50,887 nt of DNA, taken from NCBI GenBank assembly GCA_008081395.1, contig VMCJ01000062.1, positions 1-50,887 on the forward strand, given 5' to 3'. Each line of letters opens with the position of its first letter. Within the stretch, counting starts at the first letter, position 1. The translations under genes and the position numbers were made by a program. The stretch is from Rhodospirillales bacterium. Its GTDB lineage: Bacteria; Pseudomonadota; Alphaproteobacteria; Bin95. The notes under the pieces were generated by a model, which worked only from the letters and a program-made list of their open reading frames with translations, did not search any database and had not been told where the DNA came from. Positions 8,728 to 18,341 of the stretch are shown here, piece after piece.

Positions 8728-9612
8728 ATGAAAAAAGTAAAAACAGATAAACTCGAAATTGCATACTTAGATTCAGGCCCAAAAGATGGCCCAGTTGCAA
8801 TGCTAATGCATGGTTTTCCATACGACATAGAGAGTTATTCAAAAGTTGGTCCTTTACTGAACGAGCGCGGAATTCGAACAATAATTCCTTATCTTCGAGG
8901 GTACGGCCATACAGTTTTTCTTGATCCCCAAACTCCTCGCTCAGGAGAACAAGCCGCCTTAGGGGCAGACCTTCTTGCACTTATGGATGTTCTTGCCATC
9001 GAGCAGGCAGTCTTAGCGGGATACGACTGGGGCGGCCGAGCTGCCAACGTTGTTGCAGCTCTCTGGCCTGCTCGGGCCATGGGCTTGGTGACGGGAGCTG
9101 GATACAACATACAAAATGTAGCCGCTTCGGAACGGCCCGCCTCACCCGAAGCGGAGCACCGCTACTGGTACCAATACTATTTTCATACCCCGAGGGGTCG
9201 GGCAGGCCTAGAGCAGAATCGAGCTAATCTCGCACGCCTTCTCTGGAGATTGTGGTCTCCAGAATGGAATTTTTCTGAGACCGAATTTCTTAAAACTGCC
9301 TCTAGTTTCGAGAATCCTGATTTTGTCGAAGTAGTAATCCAGTCTTATCGCGTTCGGTACGGCTATGCGGAGGCAGATCCAGCTTATGCAGAGATCGAAA
9401 CAGATCTTTCCGCAATGCCCAATATAAATGTTCCCACAATTAATCTTCACGGATTAGCCGATGGAGTGCACCCAGCACCTGCAAAAGATCGACAAGCGAC
9501 AAAATTCACCGGTAGTTACAAAAGACGGCTGCTAGAAAAAGTAGGCCACAATGTTGCGCAAGAGGCACCAGTGGCATTTGCAGATGCAGTTACTGAATTG
9601 GTGCGGATATAA
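8728..9612 (+). CDS. Alpha/beta hydrolase (epoxide hydrolase-like)
   Basis: HGFP oxyanion motif, GYDWG Asp nucleophile, WYQYYF lid, VGHN catalytic His. Confidence 0.88.
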   Translation: MKKVKTDKLEIAYLDSGPKDGPVAMLMHGFPYDIESYSKVGPLLNERGIRTIIPYLRGYGHTVFLDPQTPRSGEQAALGADLLALMDVLAIEQAVLAGYDWGGRAANVVAALWPARAMGLVTGAGYNIQNVAASERPASPEAEHRYWYQYYFHTPRGRAGLEQNRANLARLLWRLWSPEWNFSETEFLKTASSFENPDFVEVVIQSYRVRYGYAEADPAYAEIETDLSAMPNINVPTINLHGLADGVHPAPAKDRQATKFTGSYKRRLLEKVGHNVAQEAPVAFADAVTELVRI

Positions 9613-9617
9613 AATTG

Positions 9618-10961
9618 ATGACCCAGACAACCAAAGAACTAGCTAAATTTGTTGCTTCCACAAAGGCAGACGACTTACCGGCTAACGTGCGCCTGGATGC
9701 AACTCGCCAATTCCACAACTTTGTTGGCTGCACCCTTGGTGGGATGACACATGATGCAACAGTCCGAACATTTAAAACTGTTTTACCGTTCACTGGGGGG
9801 GCGAAGACATCACTGATAGGTCGGAAAGAAAAATTATCTGCACCAGACGCCGTCCTCATAAACGCTCAAGCCTCAGCTGCACACGCATTTGATGACACGC
9901 ACCTATCTACAGTCCTCCACCCAGCTGGTCCAATAGCAGCGCCACTTATGGCTGAAGCAGAAAGGCAGATTATTTCTGGCCAAAACCTCCAACTCGCATT
10001 CACCATTGGGGTGGAGGTTGCATGCAGAATTGCGATGGCTCTTACCGTACCTCCTGCGGAAACACAGGTTGGTTGGTATATGTCCAGTGTTGCAACACCC
10101 ATGGGCGCAGCCGCTGCTTTAGCAAATCTTTTGAAATTTAATGAGGAACAGACACTCCACGCATTAGGCTTGGCAGCTAACGCTGCCATGGGCTTTCGCG
10201 AAACCCACGGCTCAATGTGCACCAGCCTCTTGCCAGCGCAAGCCTCACGCGCTGGCTACATGGCGGCATTACTAGCAGCTGAAGGAGTAACTGCGACTAG
10301 TGCTTCTCTCGAAGGCCCTAAAGGCTTTGGCCAGGTTTTTGCGCCAAAGGCTCACTTAGAACATGTAACGGCAGAGCTAGGAACGCGATGGGAAATGCGG
10401 GACAACATGCCAAAGCCATATCCATGCGGCATCGTCATACACCCCATTCTCGATGCATGCCTTGATATCTCAAATGACCCTACTTTTACCGCAGTAGAAA
10501 TTGACAACATTCTTCTAAGACTTAACCCACTTTGTTTAACGCTGACAGATAGACCCGAACCACCAGACGCCCAGCTGGCTCAGGTAAGCCTTCAACATTG
10601 GTCAGCCGTAGCACTTGTAAGGAAAGCTGCAGGAATCGGAGAAGGTTCGACGGAGGCGGTCAGTAACCCAGAAGTTATTGCGGCACGGCGCAAAATTCAG
10701 GTTCAACCGGATAATGCCGTGAATCGGGATGGTGCAGACGTTACAATCAAGATGGTCAACGGAAAGACCTATCATCGACGAATTGAGCATGGAATAGGAA
10801 GCCTTAAGCAGCCAATGTCAAATGATGCTCTTGAGAGTAAATTTATTAACCAGGCTAAGCTTGTGCTATCCGACCAAAAATCACAAAACTTGTCCGACCT
10901 CTGCTGGCAGCTGGAAGATTTGGATGACGTGGCAGTAATTATGCAAAATGCACAGCCATGA
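9618..10961 (+). CDS. MmgE/PrpD family protein
   Basis: HAFDDTH...HPA, LEGPKGF, KPYPCG...HP motifs; ATG at 9618. Confidence 0.88.
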   Translation: MTQTTKELAKFVASTKADDLPANVRLDATRQFHNFVGCTLGGMTHDATVRTFKTVLPFTGGAKTSLIGRKEKLSAPDAVLINAQASAAHAFDDTHLSTVLHPAGPIAAPLMAEAERQIISGQNLQLAFTIGVEVACRIAMALTVPPAETQVGWYMSSVATPMGAAAALANLLKFNEEQTLHALGLAANAAMGFRETHGSMCTSLLPAQASRAGYMAALLAAEGVTATSASLEGPKGFGQVFAPKAHLEHVTAELGTRWEMRDNMPKPYPCGIVIHPILDACLDISNDPTFTAVEIDNILLRLNPLCLTLTDRPEPPDAQLAQVSLQHWSAVALVRKAAGIGEGSTEAVSNPEVIAARRKIQVQPDNAVNRDGADVTIKMVNGKTYHRRIEHGIGSLKQPMSNDALESKFINQAKLVLSDQKSQNLSDLCWQLEDLDDVAVIMQNAQP

Positions 10962-11713
10962 CAGAAAAAAAAGTTGTGATAGTTACCGGTGCCGCTAGAG
11001 GAATAGGTCGAGCTGCAACAGATTTATTCCTTGCCGACGGCTGGAATGTTGTGATGATCGATCGGCTGGGCGAGTTGCTAGAAGCTGAAGCTAGCAAACT
11101 TCAAAATACATTTGCGCTCAAGGCTGATGTGTCCAATCCACAAGATGCTAACCGCATAATGACAGAAGCCGTTCGAGAGTTTGGACGCGTGGATTGCCTT
11201 GTGAATAATGCAGGCGTTGCTGATTTCGGTCTTCTCGAGGAACATGACTTTGCCCGCTGGAGGCGGGTCATGGAAACAAATCTTGATGGTGTTTTTCTCT
11301 GCTCTCAAGCCGCAATTCCTTATTTAAAAGAGGGTAGAGGCTCGATTGTTAACATAGGCTCAATTTCAGGCCTTCGGGCTTCAACTCTAAGAGTTGCGTA
11401 CGGCACTTCTAAAGCCGCTGTTATCCACCTTACCAAGCAACAAGCGGCTGAACTTGGTGAATATGGTGTGCGAGTGAACTGTGTCTCACCAGGACCAGTT
11501 GCTACCGAGATGTCAAAGCAAGTTCACTCCCAAGATATCATAGATGCCTATCATGACGCTATTCCATTAAACCGATATGGAACCGAGCGCGAAATTGCCG
11601 AAGCAATTGTGTTTCTCGCGAGCGACAAAGCATCCTACATTACTGGCCAAGTAATTGCGGTAGATGGAGGTTTTGATGCAACAGGCGTTGGACTTCCTGC
11701 ATTACGCAGTTAA
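10958..11713 (+). CDS. SDR family oxidoreductase
   Basis: TGAARGIG, NNAGV, YGTSK; ATGA overlap with the MmgE/PrpD gene. Confidence 0.9.
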   Translation: MTEKKVVIVTGAARGIGRAATDLFLADGWNVVMIDRLGELLEAEASKLQNTFALKADVSNPQDANRIMTEAVREFGRVDCLVNNAGVADFGLLEEHDFARWRRVMETNLDGVFLCSQAAIPYLKEGRGSIVNIGSISGLRASTLRVAYGTSKAAVIHLTKQQAAELGEYGVRVNCVSPGPVATEMSKQVHSQDIIDAYHDAIPLNRYGTEREIAEAIVFLASDKASYITGQVIAVDGGFDATGVGLPALRS

Positions 11714-11830
11714 TAAAATACCCTTAGTCCTCTCCCGCAAAAATCTGCAGTGCTATTCCTTTTTGGTCGAATGAATTTTCGGATACTTCAAAGAAATTGT
11801 GCCGCCTTAGGTGAATTAAACTTACCTGGA

Positions 11831-11859
11831 TTGGCGTTCTCGCTTCTTAGTCATACCAT
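11831..11859 (+). promoter_or_regulatory. Putative sigma70 promoter of the carboxyltransferase operon
   Basis: TTGGCG-N17-TACCAT about 40 nt upstream of ATG 11899. Confidence 0.4.
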
Positions 11860-11898
11860 AGGGATAGTTGAACCATATTGCCCAAGGAGCCACTTTCG

Positions 11899-13446
11899 AT
11901 GTCCTGGCAGACTGAACTTGATGAATTAAAACGTCGTGAAGCCTTTGCAGAAATGATGGGTGGGGCCGACAAAATTAAGCGGCAAAAAGATGGTGGGCGA
12001 CTGACAGTCAGAGAGCGAATCGACGGAATGCTTGACCCCGGCAGCTTTCACGAACTGGGAAAAGTTGCTGGTATGGCACAGTACGATGGGAAGAATGATC
12101 TAGAACATCTTACCCCCTCAAATTTTGTGTTTGGTCGTGGTCGGGTGAATGGTCGCCAAGTTGTTATTGGTGGTGATGATTTTACTGTTCGCGGTGGCTC
12201 TGCAGATGCAACAATTAAAGAGAAGCACATAAAGTGCGAACAAATGGCCAATGAGCTTCGGTTACCTCTAATCCGTATTATCGAAGGTTCAGGAGGAGGC
12301 GGCTCTGTAAAAACAATTGAGACAACTGGTCGAGCAAATGTGCCCGGCGTTTCTGGCTGGGAGTGGGTAGTACGTAATATCGGAACGGTCCCACGGGTTT
12401 CGCTTGGCTTAGGCTCAGTTGCTGGGCTTGGGGCGGCACACCAAGCAGCCGCTCACTACTCTGTCATGGTTAAAGATATTTCAGCTCTCTTTGTTGCGGG
12501 TCCGCCGGTAGTAAAGCGGTTGGGCCAGGACTTGGATAAGCAACAGCTGGGAGGTTGGAAGATCCAACTACGTGCTGGTGCGGTAGATGAGGCAGTAGAT
12601 TCTGAGGAAGAAGCATTCGAGATGGCTCGACGGTTCCTCTCTTATTTACCTCAAAATGTTTACGAGCTTCCTGAGAGAATCGAGACTTCTGACAAAGAAG
12701 AGCGAAATGACCCGTCACTCATGGAAGCGATTCCAAGAGATATCCGTAAAGTCTATAAAATGCGTCCCATAGTTGAGTCGGTAGTTGACCAGGGATCCTT
12801 TTTTGAGATGGGCAAAATGTACGGTCGCTCCATAATAACCGGCCTTGCACGGGTTGATGGATGGCCAGTAGCAGTAATGGCAAGCGATCCATATCATTTT
12901 GGAGGAGGCTGGACTGCAGATGCCTGCCGAAAGGTGGAGCGCTTTGTGGATATGGCCCAAACCTTTCACTTGCCAATGATATATTTGGTGGATTGTCCAG
13001 GCTTTCTCATTGGACTAGAGAGCGAAAAAGCTGGAACCATCAAAGAAGGTACCCGCGCTATGGCTGCCATTTGGCAGACCACAATCCCATGGTGCTCAAT
13101 AATAGTTAGAAACTGCTTTGGAGTTGCTGGGGCAGCACATCAAAATGGCTCACGCTTTAATATGCGTTATGCCTGGCCCTCAGGGCGCTGGGGTTCATTG
13201 CCGCTAGAGGGTGGAATCGAAGCCGCTTATCGCGCAGATATTGCGGAAGCAGACGACCCCGCAGCCAAGCTTGCCGAGATTGAAGAAAGATTGGAGAAGT
13301 TACGTTCGCCTTTTCGTTCAGCAGAAACCTTTTGGATTGAAGAAATCATTGACCCCCGCGAAACACGAAAATATCTCGTTGATTTTGCTAATACGGCAGC
13401 ACCGCTTAGAGAAGTTGGCCCTTATCTTCACGGCATACGAGGATAA
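11899..13446 (+). CDS. Acyl-CoA carboxylase carboxyltransferase (beta) subunit family
   Basis: GRLTVRERI..LDPGSFHE, DDFTVRGGS, LFVAGPPVV, VDCPGFLIG, IIDPRETR. ATG 11899 follows an AAGGAG RBS. Confidence 0.88.
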   Translation: MSWQTELDELKRREAFAEMMGGADKIKRQKDGGRLTVRERIDGMLDPGSFHELGKVAGMAQYDGKNDLEHLTPSNFVFGRGRVNGRQVVIGGDDFTVRGGSADATIKEKHIKCEQMANELRLPLIRIIEGSGGGGSVKTIETTGRANVPGVSGWEWVVRNIGTVPRVSLGLGSVAGLGAAHQAAAHYSVMVKDISALFVAGPPVVKRLGQDLDKQQLGGWKIQLRAGAVDEAVDSEEEAFEMARRFLSYLPQNVYELPERIETSDKEERNDPSLMEAIPRDIRKVYKMRPIVESVVDQGSFFEMGKMYGRSIITGLARVDGWPVAVMASDPYHFGGGWTADACRKVERFVDMAQTFHLPMIYLVDCPGFLIGLESEKAGTIKEGTRAMAAIWQTTIPWCSIIVRNCFGVAGAAHQNGSRFNMRYAWPSGRWGSLPLEGGIEAAYRADIAEADDPAAKLAEIEERLEKLRSPFRSAETFWIEEIIDPRETRKYLVDFANTAAPLREVGPYLHGIRG

Positions 13447-13451
13447 CTATC

Positions 13452-14624
13452 ATGAAAACAGGCGAAGTTACGTTCACACGACTTGAACGGGTGACGTATG
13501 GAATACCAATCGGCAAAGCAGTGGCTGACGCAGTAGAGAGAGCAGGTGCATCCCGTGTTTTTATCATGGCAAGTCGCACACTGATTGTGCGTAACCAGGA
13601 AATACAAGAGGTAATTGAAGGGCTGGATGGTAAAGTTTGCGGTGTTTACTCAGGCATGCCGCCTCACACTCCCCGAGACGCAGTTTTGGAAGCCGTAGAA
13701 AGCGCACGCAAAGGCCGAGCCGAGATGATTGTCACAATAGGGGGTGGCTCTATAACCGATGCTGCAAAGGCTGTTTGCCTCGCTATGGAACATGATTTGA
13801 AAAATATTCAAGACTTTGATCCGTTCATTGTACAAACAGCCCCCGATGGATCCACCATAACTCCTGAATATCGCGCACCAACTATGCCTCTTTTGTGTTG
13901 TCCGACAACGCTATCTGCAGGCGAATATAACCCACTTGCTGGTGTGTCTGATCCAAGAAAAGGAGTGAAGCAGGCTATTCGTTCACCGGGAATGGCGCCA
14001 AGCGAAGTAATACTTGATCCTGCCTTGACACTTCCAACTCCTGAATGGTTATGGCTTTCTACTGGCGTTAGAGCTGTGGACCACTGCGTTGAAGCTATCT
14101 GCTCACCTAGTGCAAATGCCTACTGTGACGCCCAATCACTCCACGGTCTGAAATTGTTGACTAAAGGTCTTACCGCCACCAAAGCAGACCCCACTGACCT
14201 TCAGGCAAGAAGTGACTGTCAACTTGGTGCATGGCTCTCGATGTCAAGCGTACAAGCTGGCGTCCCCAAAGGTGCAAGTCATGCTATTGGTCATATTCTT
14301 GGAGGTAGTTTCGGGGTCTCACATGGACACACTTCATGTGTGATGTTACCTCACGTAATGCGTTGGAACCTATCAAAAGATACGGAAAAACGTCAGCGCT
14401 TGGTTGCCGCAGCGATGGGAAATGAAAATCGTTCCGCAGGTGACATACTTCAGGAGTTTATCCAGAGTCTCGGTATGCCATCAAGTCTAAAGGAAGTTGG
14501 TGTAACAGAGGCAGATTTTGAGCGATGCGCTAAGCTTTCGATGCATGATCGCTGGATTCACACAAATCCAAAGCCCATAAAAGGGCCAGACGATGTGCTA
14601 GAAATTCTGAAACTTGCCTCATGA
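13452..14624 (+). CDS. Iron-containing alcohol dehydrogenase family (maleylacetate reductase-like)
   Basis: IGGGSITDAAK, PTTLSAGE, DHCVE, HAIGH...HG. Confidence 0.85.
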   Translation: MKTGEVTFTRLERVTYGIPIGKAVADAVERAGASRVFIMASRTLIVRNQEIQEVIEGLDGKVCGVYSGMPPHTPRDAVLEAVESARKGRAEMIVTIGGGSITDAAKAVCLAMEHDLKNIQDFDPFIVQTAPDGSTITPEYRAPTMPLLCCPTTLSAGEYNPLAGVSDPRKGVKQAIRSPGMAPSEVILDPALTLPTPEWLWLSTGVRAVDHCVEAICSPSANAYCDAQSLHGLKLLTKGLTATKADPTDLQARSDCQLGAWLSMSSVQAGVPKGASHAIGHILGGSFGVSHGHTSCVMLPHVMRWNLSKDTEKRQRLVAAAMGNENRSAGDILQEFIQSLGMPSSLKEVGVTEADFERCAKLSMHDRWIHTNPKPIKGPDDVLEILKLAS

Positions 14625-14628
14625 CAAC

Positions 14629-14657
14629 TTGCCCTAAGAGGGTGTGACAGCTAGCTT
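14629..14657 (+). promoter_or_regulatory. Putative sigma70 promoter for yggT-yggU-folD
   Basis: TTGCCC-N17-TAGCTT in the short intergenic region upstream of yggT. Confidence 0.4.
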
Positions 14658-14694
14658 CTAGTAATCCTCGGCCGCTAAAGACGGACAATATGTT

Positions 14695-14994
14695 ATGGAT
14701 GCAATATTGATTGCGCTTTTCCAGGTTATCGATCTAGTTTTAGGACTAGTTGTCTGGGCATTAATTCTATCCGCCATACTAAGTTGGCTGGTAGCTTTTA
14801 ACGTTGTTAATGTGCGCAACCAGTTTATCTCGACAGTCGGAAATTTTCTGTACCGAGTAACAGAGCCTATGTTGCGCCCCATCCGTCGCTATGTTCCCGA
14901 TTTTGGCGGTGTAGATGTATCCCCAGTCATCTTGATTTTGGTGATTTATTTCATCCGTAGTGTTCTCAGGCAGTGGGCTGTGTCAGGGTTTTGA
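14695..14994 (+). CDS. yggT: YggT family membrane protein
   Basis: 99 aa; [29 protein letters not shown]. Confidence 0.92.
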   Translation: MDAILIALFQVIDLVLGLVVWALILSAILSWLVAFNVVNVRNQFISTVGNFLYRVTEPMLRPIRRYVPDFGGVDVSPVILILVIYFIRSVLRQWAVSGF

Positions 14995-15305
14995 TTGTCC
15001 GTGAGGAGGGCAAAAACAGCATAATTCTTGAACTTCGGGTTCAACCTGGCGCATCAAAAACCAGAACAAAAGGTTTTGAGACTGACGGTAAGGGTGTTGA
15101 GCGCCTAAAACTCTACGTTAGTACTCGCCCCGTGGATGGCGCCGCAAATATAGCCGTAATTGAGTGGGTGGCTAACTTTTTTGGAATCCCCAAGCGCGAT
15201 GTCGCATTGACCCGTGGCCAGAAGTCTCGTTCAAAGTCAATTAAGATCAATGGCTCAGCAGCGGATTTAATAGCTCGAGCGCAAAGTCTTATTGGAGACA
15301 AATGA
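14991..15305 (+). CDS. yggU: DUF167 (YggU/UPF0235) protein
   Basis: RVQPGAS, PVDGAAN, GQKSRSK. TTG start at 14991 overlaps the yggT stop; conserved position between yggT and folD. Confidence 0.88.
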   Translation: MIVREEGKNSIILELRVQPGASKTRTKGFETDGKGVERLKLYVSTRPVDGAANIAVIEWVANFFGIPKRDVALTRGQKSRSKSIKINGSAADLIARAQSLIGDK

Positions 15306-16174
15306 TGACCCGTTTGATTGACGGCAAAGCAATGGCGGCAAACCTTCGAGCTGGCGCAGCCCAAGCTGTATCTGCACTCGACTTCAAACCTGGCTTAGCA
15401 GTAGTACTCGTTGGAGAGGATCCAGCAAGCTCGGTTTATGTTCGAAACAAAGGGAAAGCCACTATAGAAGCAGGTCTAAATTCCTTCGAACATAAACTTT
15501 CTGAAGATATCAGCGAGGGTGAACTACTCTCGCTCATCGATAAGCTAAATAAAGACGACTCTGTCGACGGCATCTTAGTCCAACTTCCCTTACCTGCGCA
15601 TATTGATGCCGAACGCATTCTGAATGCTATTGATCCAGACAAAGACGTTGATGGCTTTCATCCTACTAATGTGGGGCGTCTTTGGTCAGGCATAGCAGCT
15701 CTTGCCCCCTGCACCCCCACGGGATGCATGCGGATGATACATGGAGTTTTACCAAAAATTAGCGGCAAAGAAGCAGTCATAGTTGGGCGCTCCAATATTG
15801 TCGGCAAACCAATGGCGGCGATGCTTCTAGCTCAGAGCGCAACTGTCTCAATCGCACATTCACAAACTACAGATTTAAAAGAACGATGTCAGACTGCAGA
15901 TATTTTGATTGCTGCTGTTGGTCGTCCAGAGATGATCCGCGGGGATTGGATCAAGCCCGGCGCTGTTGTTATTGACGTCGGAATTAATAGAGTAATTCAA
16001 GATGATGGAAAAAATCGTTTGGTTGGTGATGTAGCATTCGGAGAAGCCGCAGAGCGCGCTCGAGCCATCACCCCTGTCCCCGGAGGCGTTGGGCCAATGA
16101 CAATTGCGTGTCTTATAGAAAATGCCGTTCGGGCTGCGTGTATGCGGCGAAGCAGACCAATTCCGGAGATGTAA
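15302..16174 (+). CDS. folD: Bifunctional methylenetetrahydrofolate dehydrogenase/cyclohydrolase
   Basis: [48 protein letters not shown]. Confidence 0.97.
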   Translation: MMTRLIDGKAMAANLRAGAAQAVSALDFKPGLAVVLVGEDPASSVYVRNKGKATIEAGLNSFEHKLSEDISEGELLSLIDKLNKDDSVDGILVQLPLPAHIDAERILNAIDPDKDVDGFHPTNVGRLWSGIAALAPCTPTGCMRMIHGVLPKISGKEAVIVGRSNIVGKPMAAMLLAQSATVSIAHSQTTDLKERCQTADILIAAVGRPEMIRGDWIKPGAVVIDVGINRVIQDDGKNRLVGDVAFGEAAERARAITPVPGGVGPMTIACLIENAVRAACMRRSRPIPEM

Positions 16175-16906
16175 ATGGAAGCTGCCATTCTTATTGAAAC
16201 TCGTGATGAGGCAACATTCATCACTCTCAATCGACCAGAAAAAGCAAATGCTCTTTCTGGAGAGATGGCAGATGGAATTAAATTAGCCATCAATGATGCT
16301 TCAGAAGCGGGATCACGTGCTGTTATTATTCATGGAGTTGGACGACACTTCTGCGCTGGCTTTGATTTTGGTGACTTTGACCGCCTTACTGACGGTGACC
16401 TTGCGCTCAGGTTCATACAGGTGGAAGAAATGTTGCAAACGGTGTTCCACGCACCAATGCCCGTATTAGCTTTAGTTAAGGGTCAGGCAGTAGGGGCAGG
16501 AGCAGACCTTGCCGCAGCAGCCATGCGGGTCGTGGCAGCTCCAGGCACACGTTTTCAAATGCCCGGACCTCGCTTTGGTGTAGTGCTAGGGACACGTCGC
16601 CTAGCGTATAGAATTGGAAACGTGAGTACTCGACAGATACAAATTGAAAATAGAGCCATTGAAACCGAAGAGGCAGAAAAACTGGGTTTGGTGGATGCCA
16701 TTGCAGACCCAGAAAGTTGGGATGCGGTTATCGATAACTTTATAGTCGAATACACCCGCCTATCGGCCACCGTTACAGCAGCCCTTTCAGATGTAACTCG
16801 TCCTGACACCCGAGATGCCGACATGGCTGCCTTAGCTCGATCAGTGAGTATTCCTGGGATTAAGGAACGTATTTCTGCATTCCGAAAATCCATGACAAGA
16901 AACTAG
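16175..16906 (+). CDS. Enoyl-CoA hydratase/isomerase (crotonase) family protein
   Basis: LNRPEKANAL, FCAGFD, GQAVGAG, EAEKLGLVD. Confidence 0.85.
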   Translation: MEAAILIETRDEATFITLNRPEKANALSGEMADGIKLAINDASEAGSRAVIIHGVGRHFCAGFDFGDFDRLTDGDLALRFIQVEEMLQTVFHAPMPVLALVKGQAVGAGADLAAAAMRVVAAPGTRFQMPGPRFGVVLGTRRLAYRIGNVSTRQIQIENRAIETEEAEKLGLVDAIADPESWDAVIDNFIVEYTRLSATVTAALSDVTRPDTRDADMAALARSVSIPGIKERISAFRKSMTRN

Positions 16907-16938
16907 GTTAGCGATTAAAGTATTTTTTGACCTGATTA

Positions 16939-18273
16939 TTAGTTAGGTATCCCAGCTATTGCACTTGGAATAGCATCAGTAACTGCAGAAACTATTGCAT
17001 CAATGTCACTTACGGATGTGGTGAAAGGAGGGGCAAGTACGATGTGATCACCGAAAATGCCATCAATAGTTCCTGGCATTGGGTAGACCATCACACCTCT
17101 TTCTTTGGCTTCTTGCTTTACTCGCTGATTTAGTTTCCAGGAGGGCTCGAACGGGGCCTTGGTTTCTCTATTCTTTACAAACTCCAGGCCAATCAGCAGA
17201 CCTCTGCCGCGAATATCGCCAACATTGGGGTGCTGGCCTAGCCCCTGCTTCAAGCCATCAATCAAGCGTGCTCCATTAACAGCCACGGCCGTTAAGAGAT
17301 TTTCATCCTTTATAACCTTTTGAACTGCAAGCGCTGCTGAGCAGGCTAAGGGATGCCCAAGATAAGTGTGGCCGTGCATAAAGCTACCGGTTCCGTTCCT
17401 TATCGCTGTAGCAATCTGGTTAGAAAGCAACATTGCCCCTATGGGCTGATAGCCGCCACCAAGTCCTTTTGCAATTGTAATAATGTCTGCCGCAACCTTC
17501 TCAGAATCCATAACAAACATATCGCCCGTGCGTCCGCCGCCGCACATAATTTCATCGGCAATTAATAAAACACCATATTTATCGCAAATATCACGGATAC
17601 GGCGGAAATACCCTGGTACAGGCTCTACAGCACCTAAAGTTGCTCCAACTATCGGCTCAGCAATAAACCCCGCAACTGTTTCAGGTCCCAACTTAAGTAT
17701 TTCGGTCTCTAATTCATTAGCCACGCGAAGGCCATAAGCCTCGATGCTTTCATCTATGAATCTATCTCTATACGCATAACAGGGACTTATATGGCTGGTG
17801 GACATTAAGAGAGGCTGGTAGGATTTTCTTCTCATCGCATTACCACTAACGGCTAGAGCGCCCAACGTGTTGCCATGGTAGCTTTGTCTTCTTGAAATAA
17901 AGTGCCTGCGTTCTGGCTGACCTATCTCTAAAAAATACTGGCGAGTTAGCTTTAAAGCAGATTCGACGGCCTCAGACCCACTTGAAACGAAAAACGCATG
18001 GGAAATATTTTCTGGTGCCGATGATACTAGGATCTCTGCTAACTCTTCTTGGGACTCATGAGTAAAAGACCCAGTATGAACATATTGTAAATTGCTCATA
18101 GCTTCCTGTAGGGCGCTTAGAACGCGAGGATGTCCATGTCCAAGGCAAGAAACGGCTGCACCACCAGAAGCATCAATATAAGATTTTCCAGCGCTGTCGA
18201 ATATTCGGCAACCCTCAGCTCGTACAGCCACCGGTGGTGGTTCAGCTATATTTCGATGTAGTACTTTGCTCAT
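16939..18273 (-). CDS. Class III PLP-dependent (omega) aminotransferase
   Basis: YIDASGG, SGSEAVESA, SYHGNT, LIADEIMCG.GRTG, AKGL (PLP Lys), HGHTY. Start set at ATG 18273 (MSKVLH). Confidence 0.92.
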   Translation of the reverse strand: MSKVLHRNIAEPPPVAVRAEGCRIFDSAGKSYIDASGGAAVSCLGHGHPRVLSALQEAMSNLQYVHTGSFTHESQEELAEILVSSAPENISHAFFVSSGSEAVESALKLTRQYFLEIGQPERRHFISRRQSYHGNTLGALAVSGNAMRRKSYQPLLMSTSHISPCYAYRDRFIDESIEAYGLRVANELETEILKLGPETVAGFIAEPIVGATLGAVEPVPGYFRRIRDICDKYGVLLIADEIMCGGGRTGDMFVMDSEKVAADIITIAKGLGGGYQPIGAMLLSNQIATAIRNGTGSFMHGHTYLGHPLACSAALAVQKVIKDENLLTAVAVNGARLIDGLKQGLGQHPNVGDIRGRGLLIGLEFVKNRETKAPFEPSWKLNQRVKQEAKERGVMVYPMPGTIDGIFGDHIVLAPPFTTSVSDIDAIVSAVTDAIPSAIAGIPN

Positions 18274-18341
18274 GGAAAAGACCTCATTATGTCTTATGGC
18301 AGCAATCTTAGCGTGAAATAAGCATTTGATGGAGAGGTAAC

